Shown in pieces: positions 29,613-37,187 of a DNA stretch of 64,000 nucleotides. The translations under genes were made by a program, and so were the position numbers. The DNA comes from a virus: the IMG/VR virus record IMGVR_UViG_3300050343_000212; one strand, given 5' to 3'. The notes below the pieces were generated by a model that was not told where the DNA came from, did not search any database, and was given only the letters and a program-made list of their open reading frames with translations. The stretch's first letter is position 1. Every line of letters starts with the position of its first letter.

Positions 29613-30491
29613 TTAGTTGAAACGACCGTCAGTGAAGTTAGCGTATGCAAACTCTTCACGATTGACAAGTTTGAATGAAACCTTCTCAGTGTGGAATACA
29701 TAACCCTCACCATCAGTTTCTACATCATCAAAAATGAAACTACGAGGTGCATCATTGATAATCATAGAATTCATGATGTCTTCTTTGATCTCGATAATCA
29801 GTTGATAAAGATTGGTGAGATAGACACAACCAAGAATATCAAATAGGTTGGAATCAGTCAACTCACGACCCTCTTTGACCAGGGAATTGATCTTCTGTTT
29901 CGCAACATTTGCCTCTTTAGTTGTCAGGAACTGAACCTTAGAGGTGTTCAGATTCGGTGCAGTTTCATTGGAAGGAAGACGATCGATAGAAGGTTGCACC
30001 CACTTGATGATAGCGGTGTCATCTAAGATCTCAATCAATGGTTTACATGTTGCGTCACACATAGGACCATCAACAAATACCTGAGTGTGAGGTGCAATCA
30101 CCATCTTTTGAGAGATTTTCTCAGGGAAAAGATAAGAAATAGTGTTAGGTTTTAGGAGTTGAGTCCGACCAAAACCCAACCAATCACCCCAATAAATGTT
30201 CTCTGTACGGGGCAGATACTTGATACAATATGACAGGATCTCAACGACTTCTATTTGATGACCAAAGTGAGTGAAGATGTCATCTGTAGTATAACAAAGA
30301 CGAATCTTTTTCTTGTTGAATGCTGCTTTGGTACAAACAAAAAACTTACCATTCTCAGGATTAGTACCCCAAACAAGTGACATACCATCCATCTTCATAG
30401 TAATATCTGCGGGTGCATAAAGTGCATCAATCACAGAAACATCACCCGTGAGGATAAGATCTTCAGGATGTTCGAGATGGGTGGAAGTCAT
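29613..30491 (-). CDS. Conserved cyanomyovirus protein with ligase-like nucleotidyltransferase motifs
   Basis: THLEHPED N-terminus; TMKMDG (KxDG motif I), EGYV (motif IV), FKLVNR (motif V-like). Confidence 0.6.
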   Translation of the reverse strand: MTSTHLEHPEDLILTGDVSVIDALYAPADITMKMDGMSLVWGTNPENGKFFVCTKAAFNKKKIRLCYTTDDIFTHFGHQIEVVEILSYCIKYLPRTENIYWGDWLGFGRTQLLKPNTISYLFPEKISQKMVIAPHTQVFVDGPMCDATCKPLIEILDDTAIIKWVQPSIDRLPSNETAPNLNTSKVQFLTTKEANVAKQKINSLVKEGRELTDSNLFDILGCVYLTNLYQLIIEIKEDIMNSMIINDAPRSFIFDDVETDGEGYVFHTEKVSFKLVNREEFAYANFTDGRFN

Positions 30492-30501
30492 AATGTTTGT
30501 G

Positions 30502-30539
30502 GTGTCTTACATCAATGGGGCAGTTTAGAGGTGAGTAAC
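30502..30539 (-). repeat. 38-bp early-region element, copy 5
   Basis: GTTACTCACCTCTAAACTGCCCCATTGATGTAAGACAC. Confidence 0.9.
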
Positions 30540-30547
30540 AATAATAC

Positions 30548-30712
30548 TCAACGTTTTTGTGAAACATTGTTAATCACCACTTTATCTGTGGGATACCTTG
30601 ACTCTACAAGTTCAATGATAAATCGACGCTCTGCACGGTCAGATTCGATCTCAAAATCATGTCTTGCTCCACGTCTATCATACCATGCACCTTTGCAAGT
30701 GTAAACTGTCAT
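30548..30712 (-). CDS. Small hypothetical protein (54 aa)
   Basis: MTVYTCKGAWYDRRGARHDFEIESDRAERRFIIELVESRYP..., manual translation. Confidence 0.6.
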   Translation of the reverse strand: MTVYTCKGAWYDRRGARHDFEIESDRAERRFIIELVESRYPTDKVVINNVSQKR

Positions 30713-30862
30713 GATTAAAAAGGATGTGTCCAGGATTGTTGTTGTTTTTTGGTGATTCTTCCGTCTCTCAAGAGACCATCCACAACATGATTGAAGACCT
30801 GTTGTTTCTCTTCTCTTGACAGATTATGAGGTTTAGAAGTCTCACGGACCACACGAATTACA

Positions 30863-31072
30863 TCAGTTTTTGTCATCTTTAATCATTCTTGTGAGAGTTT
30901 CGCGAATAACTCTGAGACTGGATCGCGAATAACCTATCGAATATGGTGCAGTTTTCTCTACATTACGAGGATCATATTTGTCTACTGTGTAATCAACATT
31001 AGACAAAACTTTCATCGTATCTTCGATACCTTCAAGAAGGATTTCGAGTTCATACTTATGAATAGTGATCAT
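30863..31072 (-). CDS. Hypothetical protein
   Basis: ORF track, 69 aa. Confidence 0.6.
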   Translation of the reverse strand: MITIHKYELEILLEGIEDTMKVLSNVDYTVDKYDPRNVEKTAPYSIGYSRSSLRVIRETLTRMIKDDKN

Positions 31073-31191
31073 GATTGCTCCTCCTCAAGTTTAACACATT
31101 TGTCCATAATTTCACGGAGTTCTTCTAACTGTTTGTAGAAATCTTCCATGTCATAGATCTCACCGGGTGAGTCTTGAATTTCTTCCCACAT
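31069..31191 (-). CDS. Small hypothetical protein (40 aa)
   Basis: MWEEIQDSPGEIYDMEDFYKQLEEL..., manual translation. Confidence 0.55.
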   Translation of the reverse strand: MWEEIQDSPGEIYDMEDFYKQLEELREIMDKCVKLEEEQS

Positions 31192-31193
31192 AT

Positions 31194-31376
31194 TCACTTA
31201 CCGTTTGTATATTCACCTAGAAGTTGATAATGTCCTTTGACATTATAATATCCAACCTCTGCGTATCCATACTCTTCAGATAAATTGAAACATAAATCCC
31301 ATGCCCTGTCAAGATCACCGAAACAATCGGTATTCTCATAAGGATCAGATGGACATTTAACAAGGTAATTAATCAT
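31194..31376 (-). CDS. Small hypothetical protein
   Basis: ORF track; YLVKCPSDPYENT; downstream of repeat copy 6. Confidence 0.65.
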   Translation of the reverse strand: MINYLVKCPSDPYENTDCFGDLDRAWDLCFNLSEEYGYAEVGYYNVKGHYQLLGEYTNGK

Positions 31377-31387
31377 AGTGGTTTAAA

Positions 31388-31425
31388 GTGTCTTACATCT
31401 ATGGGGCACTTTAGAGGTGAGTAAC
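31388..31425 (-). repeat. 38-bp early-region element, copy 6
   Basis: GTTACTCACCTCTAAAGTGCCCCATAGATGTAAGACAC. Confidence 0.9.
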
Positions 31426-31426
31426 T

Positions 31427-31630
31427 TTAATTGCTGTGATTTTCCATAAATTCATCAAGTGTGTAACCCTCTCCAGTTGATGTTTCCTCAATCAATTGTT
31501 CGATTGTAAGTTCTTCCATATCTTTGCGATATTCTTCTGGTGTTGGATCTTCTGGGTCATAATCATCATGGCAGAGATATTCCCACTCATGAACAAGTGC
31601 GTCCACAAGTTGTTCTTTAGTATAATTCAT
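31427..31630 (-). CDS. Small acidic hypothetical protein
   Basis: ORF track, 67 aa; stop abuts repeat copy 6. Confidence 0.65.
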   Translation of the reverse strand: MNYTKEQLVDALVHEWEYLCHDDYDPEDPTPEEYRKDMEELTIEQLIEETSTGEGYTLDEFMENHSN

Positions 31631-31635
31631 TATAA

Positions 31636-32238
31636 TTAAGTGCTCATTCTTTTATTGACACGTCCAAGAATCTTTGTTTTACCCTTAGCATCAGGATTGG
31701 TTCCAGTTTCTTTCTTATACTTAGAAGTTTCTTGATCTTTCATGATACCTTTTAGGTATCTTTCACCCTCTCCACGTATCTTGTCACGTTCTGCACGAGT
31801 CTTACCACTTGATTGTGCAGGTTTGTAGTTAGGAGACACTTTCTTAGGTGTTGTTTTCTTTGTCAGAAGTTTAGATGCTTCTTTTTCCTTTGATCTGCTA
31901 GTTTCAGGAGTAGATTTATTACCTGCCTCTCTCGCTTTACGTTCTCTATATGCCTTACGTTGTGCTTCTTTAGCAGAAAGTGCTGCTGTTCCTCTTTCTT
32001 TTGTTGGTTGTTGTTCTGTTTCAGAACGTTTACGTTGACTACCAACATCTTTACGATCTTTATATGACACAGGTGCAGTTTTACCACCACCGATTGCCTT
32101 AACTCGGCGTGTCTCTGCCTCGGACTTCTTCCTCTTACGATATACTCTACCACCCTCACCTGATTGTCTAATAGAGGCACCACCTGCTAGTTCATCAGGA
32201 ATCGAAGCTTCTGAGATAAACTCTCTAAATGTTTTCAT
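31636..32238 (-). CDS. Basic MKTFREF-type protein (candidate internal head protein)
   Basis: MKTFREFISEA N-terminus, very K/R-rich, downstream of late promoter. Confidence 0.6.
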   Translation of the reverse strand: MKTFREFISEASIPDELAGGASIRQSGEGGRVYRKRKKSEAETRRVKAIGGGKTAPVSYKDRKDVGSQRKRSETEQQPTKERGTAALSAKEAQRKAYRERKAREAGNKSTPETSRSKEKEASKLLTKKTTPKKVSPNYKPAQSSGKTRAERDKIRGEGERYLKGIMKDQETSKYKKETGTNPDAKGKTKILGRVNKRMST

Positions 32239-32426
32239 CAGACTGTCTCCGTAGTAGCATTATTCCAACCGCCATTTGTACCATAAGGGTTACTCATGGC
32301 ATCATTAGCTGATGATTTATTAGGATAAACTTTAGCTAATGATTTATCGTCAGACCAAGAGGTTCCAGATACAAAATAGACAGTTTTACTACCAAGAATT
32401 GATTGTTTTTTGATAATTTGTGCCAT
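32238..32426 (-). CDS. Small hypothetical protein
   Basis: ORF track, 62 aa. Confidence 0.6.
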   Translation of the reverse strand: MAQIIKKQSILGSKTVYFVSGTSWSDDKSLAKVYPNKSSANDAMSNPYGTNGGWNNATTETV

Positions 32427-32447
32427 CTATTTGCAGGTCTTTAGATA

Positions 32448-32454
32448 TATTTAT
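32448..32454 (-). promoter_or_regulatory. T4-type late promoter
   Basis: ATAAATA 22 nt upstream of the start at 32426. Confidence 0.6.
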
Positions 32455-32494
32455 CTCATATATGAGTGCATGATAATATCGACTAATTTCAACT

Positions 32495-32518
32495 AAAGGG
32501 AGATCATTGACCTCCCTT
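32495..32518 (-). terminator. Probable terminator
   Basis: AAGGGAG...CTCCCTT hairpin downstream of 32528..32734. Confidence 0.55.
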
Positions 32519-32527
32519 ACATATCAA

Positions 32528-32734
32528 TCAACCTTCCTCTCCTTTAGATTTTCCAGCTTCAGATGGCCCAACCCATACAAGTCCATTATCATAAAAGGAC
32601 TTAACACGATCTCGGCGAAGTTCAAGAAGAAGATCATACTTTTGTTTTTGGGAACCAGTAAAACTAAAGTTCTGATCTGTATATGTTTTCTTCATCTCCA
32701 TAAGTTCACGAAGTACAGCGGAGTTGTTGATCAT
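32528..32734 (-). CDS. Hypothetical protein
   Basis: ORF track; downstream of repeat copy 7. Confidence 0.65.
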   Translation of the reverse strand: MINNSAVLRELMEMKKTYTDQNFSFTGSQKQKYDLLLELRRDRVKSFYDNGLVWVGPSEAGKSKGEEG

Positions 32735-32743
32735 GATGAGTTA

Positions 32744-32781
32744 GTTGTCTACAGTGATGAGGCAGTTTAGAGGTGAGTAAT
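32744..32781 (-). repeat. 38-bp early-region element, copy 7
   Basis: ATTACTCACCTCTAAACTGCCTCATCACTGTAGACAAC. Confidence 0.8.
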
Positions 32782-32807
32782 AATAATACTCACAATTTAG
32801 TTGGCAG

Positions 32808-32978
32808 TTACCAACTATCAGGGGTACTGAGATCCTCAACGTATGCGGTGACACTTTCGGCACCTTGAACATCGAGAACTTTTTCCCAGTCAATGTTATG
32901 AGGTTGGAAGTCGTTAAGGACATCCAATTCTAGTGTAATTCTGTACTTGGTCTTTTGTGCATATTGGAAGGAAGGCAT
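32808..32978 (-). CDS. Small hypothetical protein (56 aa)
   Basis: MPSFQYAQKTKYRITLELDVLNDFQPHNIDWEKVL..., manual translation; sigma70 promoter upstream. Confidence 0.65.
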   Translation of the reverse strand: MPSFQYAQKTKYRITLELDVLNDFQPHNIDWEKVLDVQGAESVTAYVEDLSTPDSW

Positions 32979-33007
32979 AAGTCAGACCCCTGATTGATTA
33001 CCCATAA

Positions 33008-33036
33008 ACTATAAGGTATATAGCGTTCTGTGTCAA
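33008..33036 (-). promoter_or_regulatory. sigma70-type early promoter
   Basis: TTGACA-17 nt-TATAGT. Confidence 0.8.
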
Positions 33037-33230
33037 GATTTGGTGTTCACTTCCTGTTCTGTCACACTAGGGGTATCGAAAAACAATGTTTTTACATTTC
33101 CTGCAATGATAAACCCATTTGTAATCACTAACTGGAGCATAATAAAAGTGCGGATAATGGCAATCTTATCCGCCTCCTTTACATCTCTACCCTCTTTTTG
33201 CCCTAATGCTTTAGCCCACAATCTCCACAT
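33033..33230 (-). CDS. Conserved small membrane protein
   Basis: MWRLWAKALGQKEG...ADKIAIIRT. Confidence 0.7.
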   Translation of the reverse strand: MWRLWAKALGQKEGRDVKEADKIAIIRTFIMLQLVITNGFIIAGNVKTLFFDTPSVTEQEVNTKS

Positions 33231-33713
33231 TTATTTAATTTTAAGTTTATATGCTAATGAAATTCTCATAGGACATTTTTGATATGAATATGAATACCCT
33301 TTATGATACATATTACCATCAAATAGTAGTAGTCTGTTTTGCACTGGTGGAACAATGAATTGTTCTTCTATAGAGTGTACAATCTGTGTAAATCCACCCC
33401 AATTAGGGTGATACTCACTGATGTATATGAGTGCGGTTATGTCACATCCATCTATATGCAATTCTCCTTCTCTACCAGAGTGTTGACCATTAAAATAAAT
33501 TCTTTCAAGTTCTGTATCAACTCCTATCTCTCGTTGAATTTTATTATATAATGTTTTATTGAAATATTTGATGTGACTCACATCCCACATCAAAAATGAG
33601 TCACTATCTCCTGGTAAACTAGAGTGTAATTTCCAATTAGCTTGACTAAGTTGGAAATTAATCTCATCTAGATCATAACTTTTAATAAAATTATCAATTA
33701 TTTTTATATCCAT
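33231..33713 (-). CDS. 2OG-Fe(II) oxygenase
   Basis: LHIDG (HxD), WGGFT, NRLLLFDG...YHKG, RISLAYK. Confidence 0.8.
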   Translation of the reverse strand: MDIKIIDNFIKSYDLDEINFQLSQANWKLHSSLPGDSDSFLMWDVSHIKYFNKTLYNKIQREIGVDTELERIYFNGQHSGREGELHIDGCDITALIYISEYHPNWGGFTQIVHSIEEQFIVPPVQNRLLLFDGNMYHKGYSYSYQKCPMRISLAYKLKIK

Positions 33714-33725
33714 TAAAAGTTCAAA

Positions 33726-34394
33726 TCACTCGATATATCCTTCCTTAACAAGATACTTACGAGTCAATGGAGTAGGTGGATATTCAGTCCACATTTGACC
33801 AGAAGCACAAGCATTTAGTGCGTCTGCAGTCATTGCTTCAGTCTTACCTGCCCATGATGCTTCTGCTTCCCAAGGCCATGCAGACTTTGGATAGGTTGCT
33901 TCTACCATCTCACGCCAGATAGGGGGAACACTGTCTTCCGGCATGATAATTGCAATCAAACTATTATCAATCGTTCCTGCCATACAATCCTGTGCTGCAT
34001 GCCATCCTTCATGACGCATGACACTCATCAGAATATGTGGACGACCCATAAATGATTTGTTCAAGAAGAAGTTATTACTTACAGTATGATAGACACCACG
34101 ATGTCCTACTGGAAAATACTTTTCATCAGCAAGATATACCTTCACACCAATTTTATTCAGTGACATGAGCATACTGTTAAACTCTTGTGACACTGGAGTA
34201 AATGAATCAGTATTATCATACTGTGAAGAAATATCCAGTAGAGAAAATACTTCTTTCACATCATCAGTACATTCCTGAAGTAACATACAACCCATAGAAT
34301 CCATGGTGTAATATTCTTCGACAGGTTCTGCAAGTACCGGTGCAGATGCAGATAATGTAACTGCTGCCATCAATGATGTAATAATCTTTTTCAT
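33726..34394 (-). CDS. Secreted HExxH putative metalloprotease-like protein
   Basis: Signal peptide MKKIITSLMAAVTLSASA; RHEGWHAAQDC; downstream E-A-E-A. Confidence 0.6.
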   Translation of the reverse strand: MKKIITSLMAAVTLSASAPVLAEPVEEYYTMDSMGCMLLQECTDDVKEVFSLLDISSQYDNTDSFTPVSQEFNSMLMSLNKIGVKVYLADEKYFPVGHRGVYHTVSNNFFLNKSFMGRPHILMSVMRHEGWHAAQDCMAGTIDNSLIAIIMPEDSVPPIWREMVEATYPKSAWPWEAEASWAGKTEAMTADALNACASGQMWTEYPPTPLTRKYLVKEGYIE

Positions 34395-34412
34395 GTTAAA
34401 AATTCAGATAGT

Positions 34413-34673
34413 TTATGTATTAGGTTCACTATTATCGTTGAAACCTTTTCTTGATTTTACATATTCTAATTGATGCCAGTTCCAATGATGACAACAAAGT
34501 AAAACATGATGTTTTTTGTGTAGATCGTCAGTTAAAGTACATGTTTTGTTTTTGACATATAATTCAATTGAAATGTATTCTTGATCACAAAAATATATCC
34601 ACCCTTCATGAATATACTTACCATGATGCCATCTCACATAATCGTGTAGTTTTGGCACATACTTATGTGCCAT
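34413..34673 (-). CDS. Hypothetical protein
   Basis: MAHKYVPKLHDYVRW...; start revised from track ORF 34413..34748. Confidence 0.55.
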   Translation of the reverse strand: MAHKYVPKLHDYVRWHHGKYIHEGWIYFCDQEYISIELYVKNKTCTLTDDLHKKHHVLLCCHHWNWHQLEYVKSRKGFNDNSEPNT

Positions 34674-34680
34674 CCTATCC

Positions 34681-34875
34681 TTACGTGTTTCCATCTGGAA
34701 TCCCAATGACTGCAATAGTCTCTTGTTGTTTGAAGTACAGTTTAACATAACATCGTAGAACTGTCTTCAATGTATCAATGTCATTACACTCCTCAATCTC
34801 CCTAGACATCTTTTCGTACGCAAAAGATTTTGAAGGAGTAGTTAATGTAATACTATTGGGATCCATGTCTGTCAT
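34681..34875 (-). CDS. Hypothetical protein
   Basis: SKSFAYEKMSREIEECNDIDTLK. Confidence 0.65.
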   Translation of the reverse strand: MTDMDPNSITLTTPSKSFAYEKMSREIEECNDIDTLKTVLRCYVKLYFKQQETIAVIGIPDGNT

Positions 34876-35165
34876 AGGAAAGCACTCATTAAGGGATTGA
34901 GATTCAACACCATTGCGGAGAAAGGAGTTGTATTTTTTATATTTACCGGTTTTCCAGGTTTCTTGTGGTTGATGGGAGAGAGGTAAGATTTCTTTCTACT
35001 GTCATAAAAGCCCCAAACGCTAGAAGGATGGATGCCATCAGTGTATACGAAATCGCCAAGGTTGCGAATCCATATACGTTTAATTGTTTTCTTGAAATCA
35101 TCTGTCCAATACTCATATCCATCAGGGGCTTTGTGTGGAAATTCCATAATAAAGTTGTCCATCAT
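34872..35165 (-). CDS. Conserved cyanophage hypothetical protein
   Basis: EFPHKAPDGYEY...SSVWGFY...PINHKKPGK...NTTPFSAM. Confidence 0.7.
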   Translation of the reverse strand: MMDNFIMEFPHKAPDGYEYWTDDFKKTIKRIWIRNLGDFVYTDGIHPSSVWGFYDSRKKSYLSPINHKKPGKPVNIKNTTPFSAMVLNLNPLMSAFL

Positions 35166-35166
35166 A

Positions 35167-35195
35167 ATTATAACTAATTTTAACTAATTTGTCAA
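35167..35195 (-). promoter_or_regulatory. sigma70-type early promoter (perfect consensus)
   Basis: TTGACA-17 nt-TATAAT; the ATG at 35165 lies too close to be transcribed, so the second Met is a more likely start. Confidence 0.85.
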
Positions 35196-35198
35196 ATG

Positions 35199-35384
35199 TC
35201 AAAGTGGACGAATCTCTGAATTAATTGCACCTTTATTTTCCACAACAAATCGTTCAAACAACATTGCGTCTCTGATATCAAAGAACGTTGCTGTCTGAAC
35301 TGAGTAGTGAGATTTCTTTTTCTTTGGTTGTTGATACTTGAGGAGGAACTTCATTAGTTTCATGATAATGTTTGAGTGTGTCAA
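35199..35384 (-). CDS. Small hypothetical protein
   Basis: ORF track; overlaps next ORF, start uncertain. Confidence 0.45.
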   Translation of the reverse strand: MTHSNIIMKLMKFLLKYQQPKKKKSHYSVQTATFFDIRDAMLFERFVVENKGAINSEIRPL

Positions 35385-35514
35385 TGACGAGTTGCCTCCA
35401 ACCCATTAACTCAGGGAAACAACTTTGGTTATATGCACAACCACGGAGTTTACTGTCTGGTTTGTATATACTCTCAATCATGAGATCCAGAGATCTTTTT
35501 TCTCTGTCGTTCAT
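35278..35514 (-). CDS. Hypothetical protein
   Basis: MNDREKRSLDLMIESIYKPDSKLRGCAYNQ. Confidence 0.6.
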   Translation of the reverse strand: MNDREKRSLDLMIESIYKPDSKLRGCAYNQSCFPELMGWRQLVIDTLKHYHETNEVPPQVSTTKEKEISLLSSDSNVL

Positions 35515-35741
35515 TCGTCAAACACCTTACACATAGGTGAACCTGGATGATCATCACAGAACTTATCTAATACCTTATCCAGATGACGATTCTTTGGATC
35601 AGCAATTTTACCCTCTGTGGTAGGATCCCACTCATCATCTGAATGTTCTTCATTGCAATGAAGTTCTACTTTGTATTCATTCCACTTATCATTAGCATCA
35701 TAAAGTGGATCGGATGGATCTTTTTGGCGTGGTTGTGACAT
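35511..35741 (-). CDS. CP12-like protein (C-terminal C-x8-C motif)
   Basis: C-terminus LDKFCDDHPGSPMCKVFDE resembles the CP12 tail (C-x8-C-x-x-[YF]-D-[DE]); N-terminus atypical. Confidence 0.5.
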   Translation of the reverse strand: MSQPRQKDPSDPLYDANDKWNEYKVELHCNEEHSDDEWDPTTEGKIADPKNRHLDKVLDKFCDDHPGSPMCKVFDE

Positions 35742-35745
35742 AATT

Positions 35746-35979
35746 TTAGGTAAGAAATGAAGTTACTACTTTAGACTTTTCTTCGTCCAACAGTGCATAT
35801 TTATTAGATTTTCCTATGTTCTCACGAAGCTTCGTGTAACATCCAATATTCAATTCATCATCTTCTGATACTACAATATCAAAACATTGTTGATCAGACT
35901 CTGCAATAACATTCCACACTCCACCATACTCTGACTGGGGAAATGGGACAAAATGATCAATGACGTAGAGGTACTTCAT
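35746..35979 (-). CDS. Conserved hypothetical protein
   Basis: YVIDHFVPFPQSEYGGVWNVIA. Confidence 0.7.
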   Translation of the reverse strand: MKYLYVIDHFVPFPQSEYGGVWNVIAESDQQCFDIVVSEDDELNIGCYTKLRENIGKSNKYALLDEEKSKVVTSFLT

Positions 35980-36177
35980 TTACTCCTGTGGATTCTCTTC
36001 AATTGTATCATTAAGACGCATAATTGACAACTGACGTTCCAATTCGGTTGCAATTGATGTCAAATGTTGATAAAGAAATGTTTTATATGGATTATCTACT
36101 AGAACATCTACTGTTGCACTGATGTGAGCCCTAGCATTAGCTACCTTCTCCATCTCAATCTCTTGTTCTCTATTCAT
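35980..36177 (-). CDS. Hypothetical protein
   Basis: ORF track, 65 aa. Confidence 0.6.
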   Translation of the reverse strand: MNREQEIEMEKVANARAHISATVDVLVDNPYKTFLYQHLTSIATELERQLSIMRLNDTIEENPQE

Positions 36178-36299
36178 TTAAATAAATTCCTCAAGGTAGT
36201 ATTCTAAATTAATGTTTAGTTCATCAGCCTTTTGTTGACATTCATCAAGAAAGTCTTCCATGTCTGATACTTCAATTTGATCAAGTTTGCGTTCAATGC

Positions 36300-36446
36300 T
36301 CATTTTTTAAGTTTGCGTACAAGGTGTTCTGCCCACTCCTCCATCTTATCAGGATGAATAGCTCGGATGCCGGAGTCTTCAACCGCTTTGCGAATTGACT
36401 CCATTTCTCTTGATTTCAGTTTCTTTCGATCCTGGGGGAGGGTCAT
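36300..36446 (-). CDS. Small hypothetical protein (48 aa)
   Basis: MTLPQDRKKLKSREMESIRKAVEDSGIRAIHPDKMEEWA..., manual translation. Confidence 0.6.
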   Translation of the reverse strand: MTLPQDRKKLKSREMESIRKAVEDSGIRAIHPDKMEEWAEHLVRKLKK

Positions 36447-36769
36447 AGACTTTCGAGCTCCATGTCAATGTCGTCCTTATATTTACCATTATTTGTTTCT
36501 TCTACCCAGTTACTACGACGATAAGGAACATCCTCCTGTGCCGCTGTAATTACAGTATTATTCCATGCTTTTTGTGATGCCTTTTGATATTGACTGGTAT
36601 AGACTGGCATATAAGCAACTAAAGCATTTGTGATATCAATGATTTGAGTTCTATCTTCATTGTTCACTGCCTGAGTTAGATCATCAATCATTTCCTCCAC
36701 AACCTTGATACGATTAAATGATTCTTCGAGGTTGTTCATAACCTCCCAAGTTTTCTTGTAGTTGATCAC
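36443..36769 (-). CDS. Hypothetical protein
   Basis: ORF track, 108 aa. Confidence 0.65.
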   Translation of the reverse strand: MINYKKTWEVMNNLEESFNRIKVVEEMIDDLTQAVNNEDRTQIIDITNALVAYMPVYTSQYQKASQKAWNNTVITAAQEDVPYRRSNWVEETNNGKYKDDIDMELESL

Positions 36770-36960
36770 TTACAGATGCTCCAATTAGGGTCGTTTTCTT
36801 TACTCATCCAGAAGTGATACCTTCCGGTAATAGATACCAAGAACCACTTTTCTTGATCCTCTTGTTCCACTTTACAGGAATGAAGATAATCCATCATATT
36901 AGCGAATCTATTCTTCGCCTTTGATGATTTAGGCTGAACTGTGATGAACTTTGGTTTCAT
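36766..36960 (-). CDS. Conserved hypothetical protein (first early gene)
   Basis: VQPKSSKAKNRFANMMDYLHSCKVEQ. Confidence 0.7.
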   Translation of the reverse strand: MKPKFITVQPKSSKAKNRFANMMDYLHSCKVEQEDQEKWFLVSITGRYHFWMSKENDPNWSICK

Positions 36961-37005
36961 GATCTTAAGGTTGCTTAAATTAACCCTATCTTAGAGGACA
37001 AACCC

Positions 37006-37034
37006 AGTCTATAGGATACAGGGATGATTGTCAA
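37006..37034 (-). promoter_or_regulatory. sigma70-type early promoter at the start of the early region
   Basis: TTGACA-17 nt-TAGACT; upstream imperfect inverted repeat (37075-37099) and dyad GGACAATCCACAAGGTGTCT. Confidence 0.75.
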
Positions 37035-37187
37035 GCCCCCTCTAGGAGAGTCTCTGACACCCTCATACTATAAGACCCCCCCGACGTATCGGAGAGGTCT
37101 GATAGACACCTTGTGGATTGTCCTAATCGTCTAATGTATAATATATTCAGTGATATTACATATCAGTTTAATCAGAATATCAATTTT

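Noticed and set aside
24798-32781. 38-bp repeats as a CRISPR array or attC-like integron sites
   Set aside because: Spacing is 0.7-2.6 kb with whole genes between copies, the repeat is not palindromic, and no cas or integrase gene is in the window
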